Source: Candidatus Micrarchaeota archaeon (GTDB lineage Archaea; Micrarchaeota; Micrarchaeia; Micrarchaeales; CABMGC01). Taken from it: DNA of 35,036 nucleotides. Under the pieces are notes generated by a model. The model searched no databases and had not been told where the DNA came from. It saw only the letters and a list, made by a program, of their open reading frames with translations. The position numbers and the translations under genes were made by a program. The stretch is taken from contig CAZLPL010000001.1 of NCBI GenBank assembly GCA_964561405.1, forward strand, positions 1 to 35,036, given 5' to 3'. Below, piece by piece: positions 8,666 through 17,293 of this stretch; within the stretch, counting starts at the first letter, position 1, and each line of letters begins with the position of its first letter.

Positions 8666-9220
8666 GTGCTGCTTCTCAAAGCGTATGCGAGCCCCGACGG
8701 AAGGATAAGGACAGATAGTTATGAACGGAACGGCATGAGGTTCTGCATTGCAGAAGCCACTGGCAAAGGCACGCTCATAACAGAGTTTAACGAACGCTGT
8801 GAAGTTACCCTGCAGAAATACGGCAGTGGGGACCTTCTTGGCGAATTGGTCAGGCATGTTTCAAACGCTGCAGTTAGACTTGTGGATGTTGCAAGGTATG
8901 AAAGAGTTGTGATGCCTGCGAAGTGTTCCAAGTGCGGCGCAGGCGGACTGCACAGGGAACTTGATGGGGCGGATCCGTCAATGATACGCGACGTGTCAGT
9001 GGTTCCGATATTCTCATGCACTGCCTGCGGGCAGAGGCATTATTCGATGACAGACGAGTATCTAGAAGCCCTTGCATTATCCAACAGGAACCTTTTTACA
9101 GACGAAGAGCTAAAGGAGCTGGATGGAAATTCGGCTGCAACAATCAATACCTTGAAGGAGTATATAATAAGAATTTTTGCCTCTAAGAAGATAAACAGGG
9201 CGATAGTTAAGGATGATTGA
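8666..9220 (+). CDS. Hypothetical protein with a C4 zinc ribbon (CSKCG...CTACG)
   Basis: 184-aa ORF with a GTG start. A strong Shine-Dalgarno-like GGAGGTG at 8654-8660 sits 5 nt upstream. Its stop directly abuts the ATG of the next gene. I recognise no family. Confidence 0.5.
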   Translation: MLLLKAYASPDGRIRTDSYERNGMRFCIAEATGKGTLITEFNERCEVTLQKYGSGDLLGELVRHVSNAAVRLVDVARYERVVMPAKCSKCGAGGLHRELDGADPSMIRDVSVVPIFSCTACGQRHYSMTDEYLEALALSNRNLFTDEELKELDGNSAATINTLKEYIIRIFASKKINRAIVKDD

Positions 9221-9475
9221 ATGGTTGTAACCGTATCAGAACTCTATGGAAAAAGAATACTTACCCTTGGCGGAAAGATGCTCGGGGATGTGAAAGGCGT
9301 GATGCTTAATCTAGACAATGGAGAGGTATCCCACCTGCTTTTGGACGACATGAACAAGCTTTCCAGAAGCCAGAACCTGAGGAACGATTTTATAAAGAGC
9401 AGCGTTGCCTTCAAAAGGGTAAGGAAGATATCTGAAACCATAGTGGTAAGCGAAAACGAAAAGGAGAAGGCGTAA
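9221..9475 (+). CDS. Small PRC-barrel domain protein
   Basis: 84 aa. ELYGKRILTLGGKMLGDVKGVMLNLDNGEVSHLLL matches the usual small archaeal PRC-barrel pattern (GK.V....G..lG.V.dv..d...g.v..l.l). Confidence 0.65.
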   Translation: MVVTVSELYGKRILTLGGKMLGDVKGVMLNLDNGEVSHLLLDDMNKLSRSQNLRNDFIKSSVAFKRVRKISETIVVSENEKEKA

Positions 9476-9598
9476 ACGCGTCTCGCCTTTACGTTTGCTG
9501 CGCGCCGCTTTTAGTTGCTAATTTTAACGCGCCTGCGCCGCACTCAAAGAAATATGACCATATAGGCCATGAAGAATGGCTTTACGGCCCCTCCAAAG

Positions 9599-9730
9599 TC
9601 AATCCGTTGATATTTCCTTTGCCAGTGAAGATCTCTTCTTTGAGAGCACCCTGTATCCGCAGTACTGGCACCTTATGAATTTGTCAAGCGACTTTACTTC
9701 TTTTCCACAGTGTAGGCACATATATGACAT
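9599..9730 (-). CDS. rpoP: DNA-directed RNA polymerase subunit P (Rpo12/RpoP)
   Basis: It is below the ORF-track size cutoff. My translation is MSYMCLHCGKEVKSLDKFIRCQYCGYRVLSKKRSSLAKEISTD (43 aa). It has the C-x2-C...C-x2-C zinc ribbon with the CGxR..xK.R pattern typical of RpoP. It lies in the expected position downstream of rpl37ae in the exosome superoperon. Confidence 0.75.
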   Translation of the reverse strand: MSYMCLHCGKEVKSLDKFIRCQYCGYRVLSKKRSSLAKEISTD

Positions 9731-9734
9731 AGTA

Positions 9735-10094
9735 TCATCTGGATTGCTTCTTTAACCATTTGGTAAGCTCGCGGTGGAGCTCTGATATGCTCGTGTCTAT
9801 CACACGCACGTTTATCTTGCCTTTGTACTCCTCTTCGTCGAGGGTGAGTATAGGGGAGTATTGCTCCAATTCAGTATAATGGACCTCGAGCCAATGTATC
9901 CTGCCCTTCAGGTACTCCTTTGATGCATCATCAGTCATAGGCAGGGATGAAAAGCTGAATAGTATACCGTTGCACCAATACAGGGGCATTATGCCTGCAG
10001 GTGTTACCCTCTCCCTTAGGATGTCTGCCTTGCTCACTGGCAGTATCTCGTGCACCACGAGTTCTTCTGCCGGAGCGTATGTTATCTTGACCAA
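9735..10094 (-). CDS. Hypothetical protein wedged between rpl37ae and rpoP
   Basis: 119-aa ORF with a TTG start. It is separated by 4 nt from the neighbouring gene on each side, and this tight packing argues that it is real. I recognise no family. Confidence 0.45.
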   Translation of the reverse strand: MVKITYAPAEELVVHEILPVSKADILRERVTPAGIMPLYWCNGILFSFSSLPMTDDASKEYLKGRIHWLEVHYTELEQYSPILTLDEEEYKGKINVRVIDTSISELHRELTKWLKKQSR

Positions 10095-10098
10095 GCCA

Positions 10099-10329
10099 TC
10101 ACCCCTTGCCCAGAAGGCGGACTACTGTCTCCCCTGGAGAGGTCTTCAAAGTATATGCGCCTCCTGCGAAAGTCGCATTGCAATGCCTGCACTTCCACAC
10201 GGCATTGCTTACGCGCTTTATAGCCACCTTTCCGCACAGGTCACACTTGTAGCGCCTCTGCTTGTCGGCCTTGACTGCAAGGTACCTCTTCCTTAGGCTT
10301 ACCCCGTATCTTACGTTAAAGTTTGACAT
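10099..10329 (-). CDS. rpl37ae: 50S ribosomal protein L37Ae (eL43)
   Basis: 76 aa with RYGVSLRKRY near the N-terminus and the C4 zinc ribbon CDLCG...CRHC. Confidence 0.9.
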   Translation of the reverse strand: MSNFNVRYGVSLRKRYLAVKADKQRRYKCDLCGKVAIKRVSNAVWKCRHCNATFAGGAYTLKTSPGETVVRLLGKG

Positions 10330-10334
10330 AAAGA

Positions 10335-11123
10335 TTACCTTAGGTCTGAAATCATCTTTCTGAGCTCCTTTGATTTATTAAAGGAAATATCTATAAGGTT
10401 TTCTAGCTCAGCGTTTGTAAAAGATCCGCGCAGGCCCTTCTGCATTGCCCTGATAACATTCTCATCATTTGATATAGTTATCCTCGCATCCATGAAGGCC
10501 TCCTCATTGCCGTTTGCGTCTAGGACTATGGACTTGCCGAGCTTGGCAAATGTACACGACGTGGCAAGGCCTCCTGGCTTGAACTTCTCAAGATTTCCTT
10601 CGCGGATTACCTTCTCGTCTTCGTACTTGGGCATTCTGCACGTGTTGAGTGCAGCTGCCGAAGCGAACATGCCTGCATCGAAGAGGTTTCCATCGTAGTT
10701 GAGCACGTATACATCTACGAATACGCTCCACACAAGCTCATCGTTTATAACAAGAGCCTTTGGATTTATCATGTTTGAAGCCCTTATGCCACGGTCTATG
10801 ACCCTGCCGAGCTCTATTGCATCTGGAGATGGTGGACCTGTGTCAAAGGATTCTGAAGCCATGGGATGCAGCTCCGCGCCAGTCATGAGGTTTCCCTCAT
10901 CGGGCTTGTCAGGCATCGGCTCGCCAGGGGATATCTTCACTGCACCTATGACCTTCGTATCTCCGAAAGTCACTAGGGCCGAGCCTTCAGCGTTTGGCAC
11001 TATGCCCGTCTGCACCTTTATGTCCCTGTAGGACATGAAGTCCCTTCCGTCCTCCCTCTTGCCATTTGCAAGAAGGTCAGCTATGAAATCCTCTGTTACT
11101 GTTCTTATTTGCATCAATATCAC
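10335..11123 (-). CDS. rrp42: Exosome complex RNase PH-like subunit Rrp42
   Basis: 262-aa RNase PH fold (KREDGRDFMSYRDIKVQTG...AEGSALVTFGDTKV). It follows rrp41 with a 4-nt overlap. Confidence 0.85.
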   Translation of the reverse strand: MILMQIRTVTEDFIADLLANGKREDGRDFMSYRDIKVQTGIVPNAEGSALVTFGDTKVIGAVKISPGEPMPDKPDEGNLMTGAELHPMASESFDTGPPSPDAIELGRVIDRGIRASNMINPKALVINDELVWSVFVDVYVLNYDGNLFDAGMFASAAALNTCRMPKYEDEKVIREGNLEKFKPGGLATSCTFAKLGKSIVLDANGNEEAFMDARITISNDENVIRAMQKGLRGSFTNAELENLIDISFNKSKELRKMISDLR

Positions 11124-11860
11124 TTCGTATATCTTTCAGATATCTTCTCGTATGGCGCCTTTAGTGCATCCCTCTGAACCTTGGTTATGACTTCTGCTGC
11201 CATGTATACCATATCCATGCCTGCCTTTATGTCTTCCTTGGAGAGCGTGCCGTCCATCTGGAGCAGGAGTATATCACCAGTCCTCGGGCTTATTGCGACA
11301 GGCATGTCGGCATCTGAATAGTTGTCCTCGATCTTATTGAGGTCAAGTATGACTGTCTCTCCGACCTTGCCAAAAGAGACTGCGTAAGGTATGTCAGTCA
11401 TTGGTATTCCGGAAGCAGCTACTGCAACTGCAGCGGCAGTTATGCCTGCGGCCCTTGTACCACCGTCACCTTGGAGCACTTCTACGAATATATCTATCTC
11501 GCTTCCTGGAAACTTTTCAAGCATTATTACGTTCTCGAATACCTCCCTGGTCACCTTCGATATCTCGGTGGACCTCCTGTTCGGACCGGACCTGCCGTGC
11601 TCTTCGAGTGATGAGAACGGAGCCATAGTATATCTGCATTTTATTATGGCCCTCTCAGGGTCTTGGACGTGCTTAGGCAACGCCTCCTTCGGCCCATAGA
11701 CTGCGGCTATTATCTTGTTGTTGCCCCATTCTATGTACGCGGAGCCTACAGCATTCTTGATGACTCCAGATTCGATCTTTATACTACGAAGCTGGTCAGG
11801 CATCCTGCCGTCCAGCCTCTTTCCATTTATCATAAGTTCTGGTTTTTCTCCTCCGCCCAT
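11120..11860 (-). CDS. rrp41: Exosome complex exonuclease Rrp41
   Basis: 246 aa containing KRLDGRMPDQLRSIKIE, GSAYIEWGNNKIIAAVYGP and GGTRAAGITAAAVAVAASGIPM. Confidence 0.9.
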   Translation of the reverse strand: MGGGEKPELMINGKRLDGRMPDQLRSIKIESGVIKNAVGSAYIEWGNNKIIAAVYGPKEALPKHVQDPERAIIKCRYTMAPFSSLEEHGRSGPNRRSTEISKVTREVFENVIMLEKFPGSEIDIFVEVLQGDGGTRAAGITAAAVAVAASGIPMTDIPYAVSFGKVGETVILDLNKIEDNYSDADMPVAISPRTGDILLLQMDGTLSKEDIKAGMDMVYMAAEVITKVQRDALKAPYEKISERYTK

Positions 11861-11862
11861 TG

Positions 11863-12465
11863 TTACACCTTGTTTGCCTCAAGCATCTCCCTTACCCTGT
11901 CAGTAAGTCCGCTGGTATGCGCCTCCTCCTCTATCTGGAGTATGGCCTTTGTGGCCAGATCGACGTTCCCGCCCTTGAGCCAGATTATCCCGTTCAGGCC
12001 TATTATCAGGGAGGTGCCAGTCTTGTCTGTTATCTGTTTGACCATCGTGTTTGCCTTCCCTATTATGCGCGGTATCTTGGATGGCTTTACTGATATCATC
12101 TTGCCGCCCTCGAGGCACTTAGGTCGCACGAGTATGGCAGTGCCGTCCTTCTCTAGCTCCTTTATGCTTGCGATGATCACGTCCCTGGCCCGTATGTCCG
12201 TCTCGATAAATCTTGCTATTATCAGGCCGCGGTATGGCGCATTGAGGTTTATGGTGAACGTTGTTCCCCTATCTTCCTCCACTATGCCGACCACTGTGTC
12301 CCCGGACTTCGGCAACCAGAGTCCCTCAAGAGGTATGAGACTCTTGGACTGGTCATCGAAATACCCGAGGATGCACGAATACGTGCCATTATTATCGGTT
12401 ATAGTGTTATCTATCCTTATCGGCTTGTCATGAAGCCTCTCTCCTGGTACTACTATTCTTTGCAT
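11863..12465 (-). CDS. rrp4: Exosome RNA-binding subunit Rrp4 (S1 + KH), short form
   Basis: 200 aa with an S1-like PKSGDTVVGIVEE and a KH-like IPRIIGKANTMVKQI. It sits between the SBDS gene and rrp41. Confidence 0.85.
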   Translation of the reverse strand: MQRIVVPGERLHDKPIRIDNTITDNNGTYSCILGYFDDQSKSLIPLEGLWLPKSGDTVVGIVEEDRGTTFTINLNAPYRGLIIARFIETDIRARDVIIASIKELEKDGTAILVRPKCLEGGKMISVKPSKIPRIIGKANTMVKQITDKTGTSLIIGLNGIIWLKGGNVDLATKAILQIEEEAHTSGLTDRVREMLEANKV

Positions 12466-12467
12466 TC

Positions 12468-13151
12468 CTACACCAAGTTCTTTGTAATTGCACTTCCTTT
12501 CGTAAAGTTATTGAGCTTCTCGAAAAACTCCCCCTGCAATCCTGCAGGGAACTCCAATACGGCTTTTAATGAGCCGTTTGACTGCCATTCTTCAGATTTC
12601 AGCCCATATTGCTTCAAAAGGCCGTAGCATCTGTTTGCGAATTCTGCAGGTATCACTACCTCCAGCTTAGCAGTAGCGAATTTAATTGGTAGGATAACAT
12701 TTATCTTCTTTACTACTGCGTCCACCTGCTCGTTTGGGCTCTTGAAAACATCGATCTGGACCTTTGCCGTCTGCATCGCGTTCTCTATCCTCTGGAGAGG
12801 ATGCGGGGCACTGGTCCTAGGATCTATAGAATTCCTGGCTATTATGGTAGCCACTTGCTTCCTCTTCTCCTCTGCCATCCTGTTTTTCTGTTCTGTGGTG
12901 AGCGGCACGGTACCATGCTTAAGTATGGTTTCCGCTATCTTGGAAATGTCAGTGGTACCGAATATCTTCTTTATCTTTTCCTGGCTAGGGCGCTCCCCTT
13001 TGTTGGCATTTGTGAAGAGTTCCTCGGCCTGGAGAGGCAGCATGGGATTGCTTATCTTGCCGGTTATGTAGTCATAGGCAAGGTCTGCATCTACGAAAAT
13101 CTCGAATTCGTCCCCGTTTGAACTGTATTTTGCTATTACTGTCTTGGACAT
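12468..13151 (-). CDS. SBDS (Shwachman-Bodian-Diamond) family ribosome maturation protein
   Basis: 227 aa containing DEFEIFVDADLAYDY...NANKGERPSQEKIKKIFGTTD...ILKHGTVPLTTEQ, in the conserved superoperon position. It ends with TAG. Confidence 0.85.
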   Translation of the reverse strand: MSKTVIAKYSSNGDEFEIFVDADLAYDYITGKISNPMLPLQAEELFTNANKGERPSQEKIKKIFGTTDISKIAETILKHGTVPLTTEQKNRMAEEKRKQVATIIARNSIDPRTSAPHPLQRIENAMQTAKVQIDVFKSPNEQVDAVVKKINVILPIKFATAKLEVVIPAEFANRCYGLLKQYGLKSEEWQSNGSLKAVLEFPAGLQGEFFEKLNNFTKGSAITKNLV

Positions 13152-13164
13152 CTGATCATCAGAC

Positions 13165-13860
13165 TTACAGACGTGACTTGATCTTGTCTGGTGTGAGTAG
13201 CATGAAGGGCTTTCCGTCCTGGATGTATCCTATGTCAACAGTCTCCTCTGTGAGAGGCGTTTCGCTTACCTTCTTTATTATCTTTACTCCAAGCGCTATC
13301 GCATCATCAAGCTCCATGTTGTCCTTATACTCTTTCATGAGTATTTCTGTGGCCATCTTCTTCCCGCTCCCTATGGCATCAGCCTTGTAACCGAGGAAAG
13401 ATGCACCTGGCTCTATTTCGTAGAGACGCGGCTGGTTGTCTATTCCGCCGAGCAGCAGGGATACTGCATAAGGTCTCAGGCCGCCGTACTGTGTTGCCTG
13501 CATCATGTATGCGGATATCTGCTTTGAAAGGGATTCGACAGACTTGACATCGTCGAAAAGTAGCTTGTGGTTCTGTGCAGAGCTTCGTGCGGTGTCTATT
13601 ATGTGAAGCCCGTCTGCAACCATTCCGCTATAAGTGGCCCCGATATGGAAATCCACCCTAAATACCTTCTGTATCGTAGATGGTACTGCGAGTGGCTCGT
13701 TTATGTTCTTGTGCGCAACGAAGACTACGCAGTCGGTGCCTATTAGGCCTACGGAAGTCGCGCCCTTCCTTACCGCCTCCTTTGCATACTCTACCTGAAA
13801 GAGTCTTCCGTCAGGATTGAACATTACTCCCCTGTCATAAGCTTGCACATTTGGGTACAT
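13165..13860 (-). CDS. psmA: Proteasome subunit alpha
   Basis: YDRGVMFNPDGRLFQVEYAKEAVRKG is the alpha-subunit signature. The ORF is 231 aa. Confidence 0.92.
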   Translation of the reverse strand: MYPNVQAYDRGVMFNPDGRLFQVEYAKEAVRKGATSVGLIGTDCVVFVAHKNINEPLAVPSTIQKVFRVDFHIGATYSGMVADGLHIIDTARSSAQNHKLLFDDVKSVESLSKQISAYMMQATQYGGLRPYAVSLLLGGIDNQPRLYEIEPGASFLGYKADAIGSGKKMATEILMKEYKDNMELDDAIALGVKIIKKVSETPLTEETVDIGYIQDGKPFMLLTPDKIKSRL

Positions 13861-14060
13861 ATAATTACACCATATAATTAGAAGTAATTCATATTTGCTG
13901 CTTATAATTAAATACTTTTGCTTTAAGGTTAATTAGGGCGCATAATACCGCACCATGCCATTTCTGGGCCTTGCTTCATGGTACCTTATTTCCATCCCGC
14001 CCAGGCTGAAGTTAATAATTTGCTATGTGAATTATAGCTTGCTTTTTATTAGGTGAATCA

Positions 14061-14855
14061 ATGCAGAACGAGATTTCAGGGGCGCAGCCAGCAGGAGTAA
14101 TGCATCCATCAATACTGAAAGTCATAGAGCAGAAGAAGGCGCTTAAGGAGAAGCTTGCAAACATAAAGCACAAGATAGGCGTATATAGCGCAAAGGGAGG
14201 GGTAGGTAAGACCACAGTATCGGTAAACCTTGCTTATACGCTTCATTCCATGGGCTTCAAGGTTGGCCTGCTGGATGTGGATGTGGATTGCCCTAACGTG
14301 CCCATGTTCCTGGGCATAGGCGGCACTTTTTCTGATGAATATCCGCTCAAGCCTGTGGAAAAGGATGGGATAAAGGTTCTGTCCACGGCCATGTTCGTGG
14401 ACGATGTCAAGAAGCCCATAATATGGAGAGGGCCCATGATAGGCAAGATGGTTAGGGAGTTTTTCGAGAATGCGGAGTGGGGTGACCTGGATTATCTCAT
14501 AATGGACCTTCCCCCAGGCACAAGCGATGCCCCGCTTTCGATCATACAGCTCCTGGACCTTGACGGTTTCGTGCTCGTCACTACGCCGCAGCGCATATCT
14601 GCAGTTAATGCGATAAGGTCAGGGATGATGGCAAAAAGACTTGGAGTGGCGCTTCTGGGGGTTGTGGAGACCATGTCGGATGGCAACCCGAAAGGAGGAA
14701 AGGAAGTTGCGGATACCATGGGATGTGAGATAATAGGGCTTGTGGGGAATAACAGAAGATTTGGGGAGCTTAGCGATAAGGGGCTGGTTCCAGTCAAGGA
14801 AGACGAGAGAATAAGGGAAGAGTTTATAAGTATAGCAAAGAAAATAACAGGTTGA
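14061..14855 (+). CDS. Mrp/NBP35/MinD-superfamily P-loop ATPase lacking the CxxC Fe-S ligand motif
   Basis: It has the deviant Walker A SAKGGVGKTT, plus LLDVDVDCPNVP and DYLIMDLPPGTSD. Where Mrp/ApbC proteins carry CxxC after the VENMS-type block, this one reads VETMSDGNPKGGKEV. The protein has only two Cys in total. Confidence 0.8.
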   Translation: MQNEISGAQPAGVMHPSILKVIEQKKALKEKLANIKHKIGVYSAKGGVGKTTVSVNLAYTLHSMGFKVGLLDVDVDCPNVPMFLGIGGTFSDEYPLKPVEKDGIKVLSTAMFVDDVKKPIIWRGPMIGKMVREFFENAEWGDLDYLIMDLPPGTSDAPLSIIQLLDLDGFVLVTTPQRISAVNAIRSGMMAKRLGVALLGVVETMSDGNPKGGKEVADTMGCEIIGLVGNNRRFGELSDKGLVPVKEDERIREEFISIAKKITG

Positions 14856-14868
14856 GGGGAGTGATAGC

Positions 14869-16095
14869 TTGGCGGAGCTTTTTGATGATATATTCAGGGA
14901 GTCAAAACTATTCGCTGACAGGGAGGTGCTCTCGCCGCATTACATACCCCACGACCTTCTTTTCAGGGATCGCCAGATACAGGAGATAGCAAAGTACCTT
15001 ACTCCTTCACTTAAGGGGGAGCGCGGCAGGAACATCTTCATATACGGCAAGACAGGCACCGGAAAGACCTCATGCATAAAGAATGTGCTGGACAGGATAA
15101 AGGGGCTCCCAATATCCAAAGCCATGGTATCCTACATAAACTGCAGGATATACAATTCCAGATACAGGGTGCTGCACAAGATAGTCAGTGACTATCTGCC
15201 CATATACGCAAAGCGCGGATACGGAATAGTAGACATATACGAGAAGATAATAAACTGGATCGAGGAGGACGGAAAGATACTCATAGTGGTATTGGACGAA
15301 ATTGATGTGGTAAAAGACCTTGACGACCTGATATACACACTCACAAGGGCGAACAGCGACATAAAGTCTGGGGGAATAACGATAGTTGGTGTGTCCAACA
15401 AGGTATCGTTCAAGGACGAATTGGATCCAAGGAGCCTCTCGACGCTCTATGAAAATGAACTGGTATTCCCCCCATACAACTCAAACGAACTTGCATCCAT
15501 ACTCAAGGACAGGGTGGATAAAGGATTCAAGAAAGACATGGTAGAGCCTGCTGCAGTGAGCCTGGCGGCGGCTTTGGCGGCCAGGGAGAGCGGAGATGCA
15601 AGGCTGGCACTCAAGATAATATCAAAGGCAGGCGAGCTTGCTGAAGAGCGCGGAGCTGACATAGTTATGGTATCCCATGTTACTGAAGCTGCGAAGTATG
15701 CTGAAGAGGACATAGCATACGAGCTCATAAACACGCTGCCCGAACACCAAAGGCTGATAGTGTACGCGATAGCACTACTGTCGATACAGGGCAGCAGATA
15801 CAAGAGACTCAGTGATGGTGGCGACTCATACCTCTTCAGCGGTGACATATACGATAAGTACGTGGCAGTATCCAACTCCCTGCAAAAGGAACCCAAGAGC
15901 TCGAGATGGTACAGAAAATATATATCAGACCTTGATATGCAAGGCATAATAACATCTTACGAATCTGGGAAAGGCATACGCGGGCACACGAAACTCATAA
16001 AGCTGGCATACACTCCTGAAAAGATAAAGTCGACGATAGAGAAGGCGCTTTACAAGGAGATGGGAGTCGACAAGGAGATCGCTGGCAGTCAGTGA
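14869..16095 (+). CDS. cdc6: Orc1/Cdc6 replication initiator
   Basis: It has Walker A IYGKTGTGKTS, Walker B LIVVLDEID, a sensor region VGVSNK and a C-terminal winged helix. The start is TTG, 13 nt after the preceding stop, with a purine-rich GAGGGGAGTGA upstream. Confidence 0.9.
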   Translation: MAELFDDIFRESKLFADREVLSPHYIPHDLLFRDRQIQEIAKYLTPSLKGERGRNIFIYGKTGTGKTSCIKNVLDRIKGLPISKAMVSYINCRIYNSRYRVLHKIVSDYLPIYAKRGYGIVDIYEKIINWIEEDGKILIVVLDEIDVVKDLDDLIYTLTRANSDIKSGGITIVGVSNKVSFKDELDPRSLSTLYENELVFPPYNSNELASILKDRVDKGFKKDMVEPAAVSLAAALAARESGDARLALKIISKAGELAEERGADIVMVSHVTEAAKYAEEDIAYELINTLPEHQRLIVYAIALLSIQGSRYKRLSDGGDSYLFSGDIYDKYVAVSNSLQKEPKSSRWYRKYISDLDMQGIITSYESGKGIRGHTKLIKLAYTPEKIKSTIEKALYKEMGVDKEIAGSQ

Positions 16096-16099
16096 TTCG

Positions 16100-17284
16100 A
16101 TGAGGATAGCCATACTTTCCGATTTCCACTTGGGCTACGATAGATTCAGGGAGGACGCATTCAGGCAGGCGCAGGAGGCGCTCGTAAGGGCTGCTTCTGA
16201 GGCAGACGCGTTAATCATACCGGGGGACATATTCGACAACAGGACGCCTAAGCCAGATGTCATAGCCGAGGCAATAAACCTGTTCAGGGATCTTTCAAAG
16301 AGGACATGGGGGGCGAAGGTCACTGGTTTTGAAGGCAAGGGGCAGCACTACACAGATATTCCAATCATAGCAATACCCGGAACGCATGAGAGAAGGGCAC
16401 AGGACGCTGCTGACCCAGTAGGCCTTCTAGGCCTTGCAGGGCTTATCGTAGGCATAAGCAATGCAACAGTGATGCTAGAGAAGGACGGGGAGAGGGTTGC
16501 TGTCGTGGGCATAGGGGGCATTGCTGATGAGAGGTTCAAGCAGGTTGTCGCGGAGTCTGATCCCAGGCCGGTGGAGGGGGCTTTTAGCATATTCATGTTC
16601 CACGAATCGGTGTACGAGCTCCTTCCTTTTAACGAGAGCTTCATAAAGCAGGATGAACTTCCCGCAGGATTCGATCTGTACGTGTGCGGCCACATACACA
16701 ATAGCGTAGATTCGCAAGTGAACGGAAAGAAGTTTCTGATCCCAGGTAGCACCGTGCTTACCCAGCTAAAGGCAGGAGAGCAGGAGAAAAAGGGGCTCTA
16801 CATTTATGATACGAAGACGGGTGCATATGAATTTATTGGAATAGAGTCCAGGAGGTTTGTGCTTGTAAAAGTGAGAATGGGAGCAGACACTACAGCATTG
16901 GAAGGAGTGGAACGGGAGATGGAAAAAGCCATCGGATCATCAGGGGACAGGCCTATAGTAAGAGTTGTGGTAGAAGGGGAGTCCACATCGCCAAGGATAG
17001 GGATGGAACTTGGCATGCTGCAGAAGAAGTATCAGGACAAGGCAGTGGTTGAGGTATCTGGACCTGGGATAAACAGCACTGCAAAGTCAGTGAACACAGA
17101 CACGGAAGCTCTAAAATTTGAGAACATGTCGGTAAAAGATTACGGAATGGGGGTGTTCATAGAGAAGCTAAAGCAGAAGGGAGTGTCCTTCGGAAAGGTG
17201 GGCCCTGCAGACCTGTTCGATGCACTAAGCTCAGAAGGCAGCAAGGACAAGGCAATAAGAAAGGCCCTTGACATGCTTCTGTGA
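16100..17284 (+). CDS. mre11: DNA double-strand-break repair nuclease Mre11
   Basis: Calcineurin-like phosphoesterase motifs occur in order: ILSDFHLG, IIPGDIFD, IPGTHERR, FMFHES and YVCGHIHN. The ORF is 394 aa. Confidence 0.85.
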   Translation: MRIAILSDFHLGYDRFREDAFRQAQEALVRAASEADALIIPGDIFDNRTPKPDVIAEAINLFRDLSKRTWGAKVTGFEGKGQHYTDIPIIAIPGTHERRAQDAADPVGLLGLAGLIVGISNATVMLEKDGERVAVVGIGGIADERFKQVVAESDPRPVEGAFSIFMFHESVYELLPFNESFIKQDELPAGFDLYVCGHIHNSVDSQVNGKKFLIPGSTVLTQLKAGEQEKKGLYIYDTKTGAYEFIGIESRRFVLVKVRMGADTTALEGVEREMEKAIGSSGDRPIVRVVVEGESTSPRIGMELGMLQKKYQDKAVVEVSGPGINSTAKSVNTDTEALKFENMSVKDYGMGVFIEKLKQKGVSFGKVGPADLFDALSSEGSKDKAIRKALDMLL

Positions 17285-17293
17285 TAACGCCGC

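Noticed and set aside
11391-12433. Plus-strand ORFs up to 256 aa opposite rrp41/rrp4
   Set aside because: They are antisense to conserved exosome genes and carry no motifs, so they are shadow ORFs.
13861-14060. AT-rich divergent intergenic region near cdc6 as a replication origin
   Set aside because: It is AT-rich with repeated TATAATTA-like words, but I found no repeated ORB or mini-ORB-like dyads with G-strings. It is also separated from cdc6 by the mrp-like gene. It is adequately explained as two divergent promoters.
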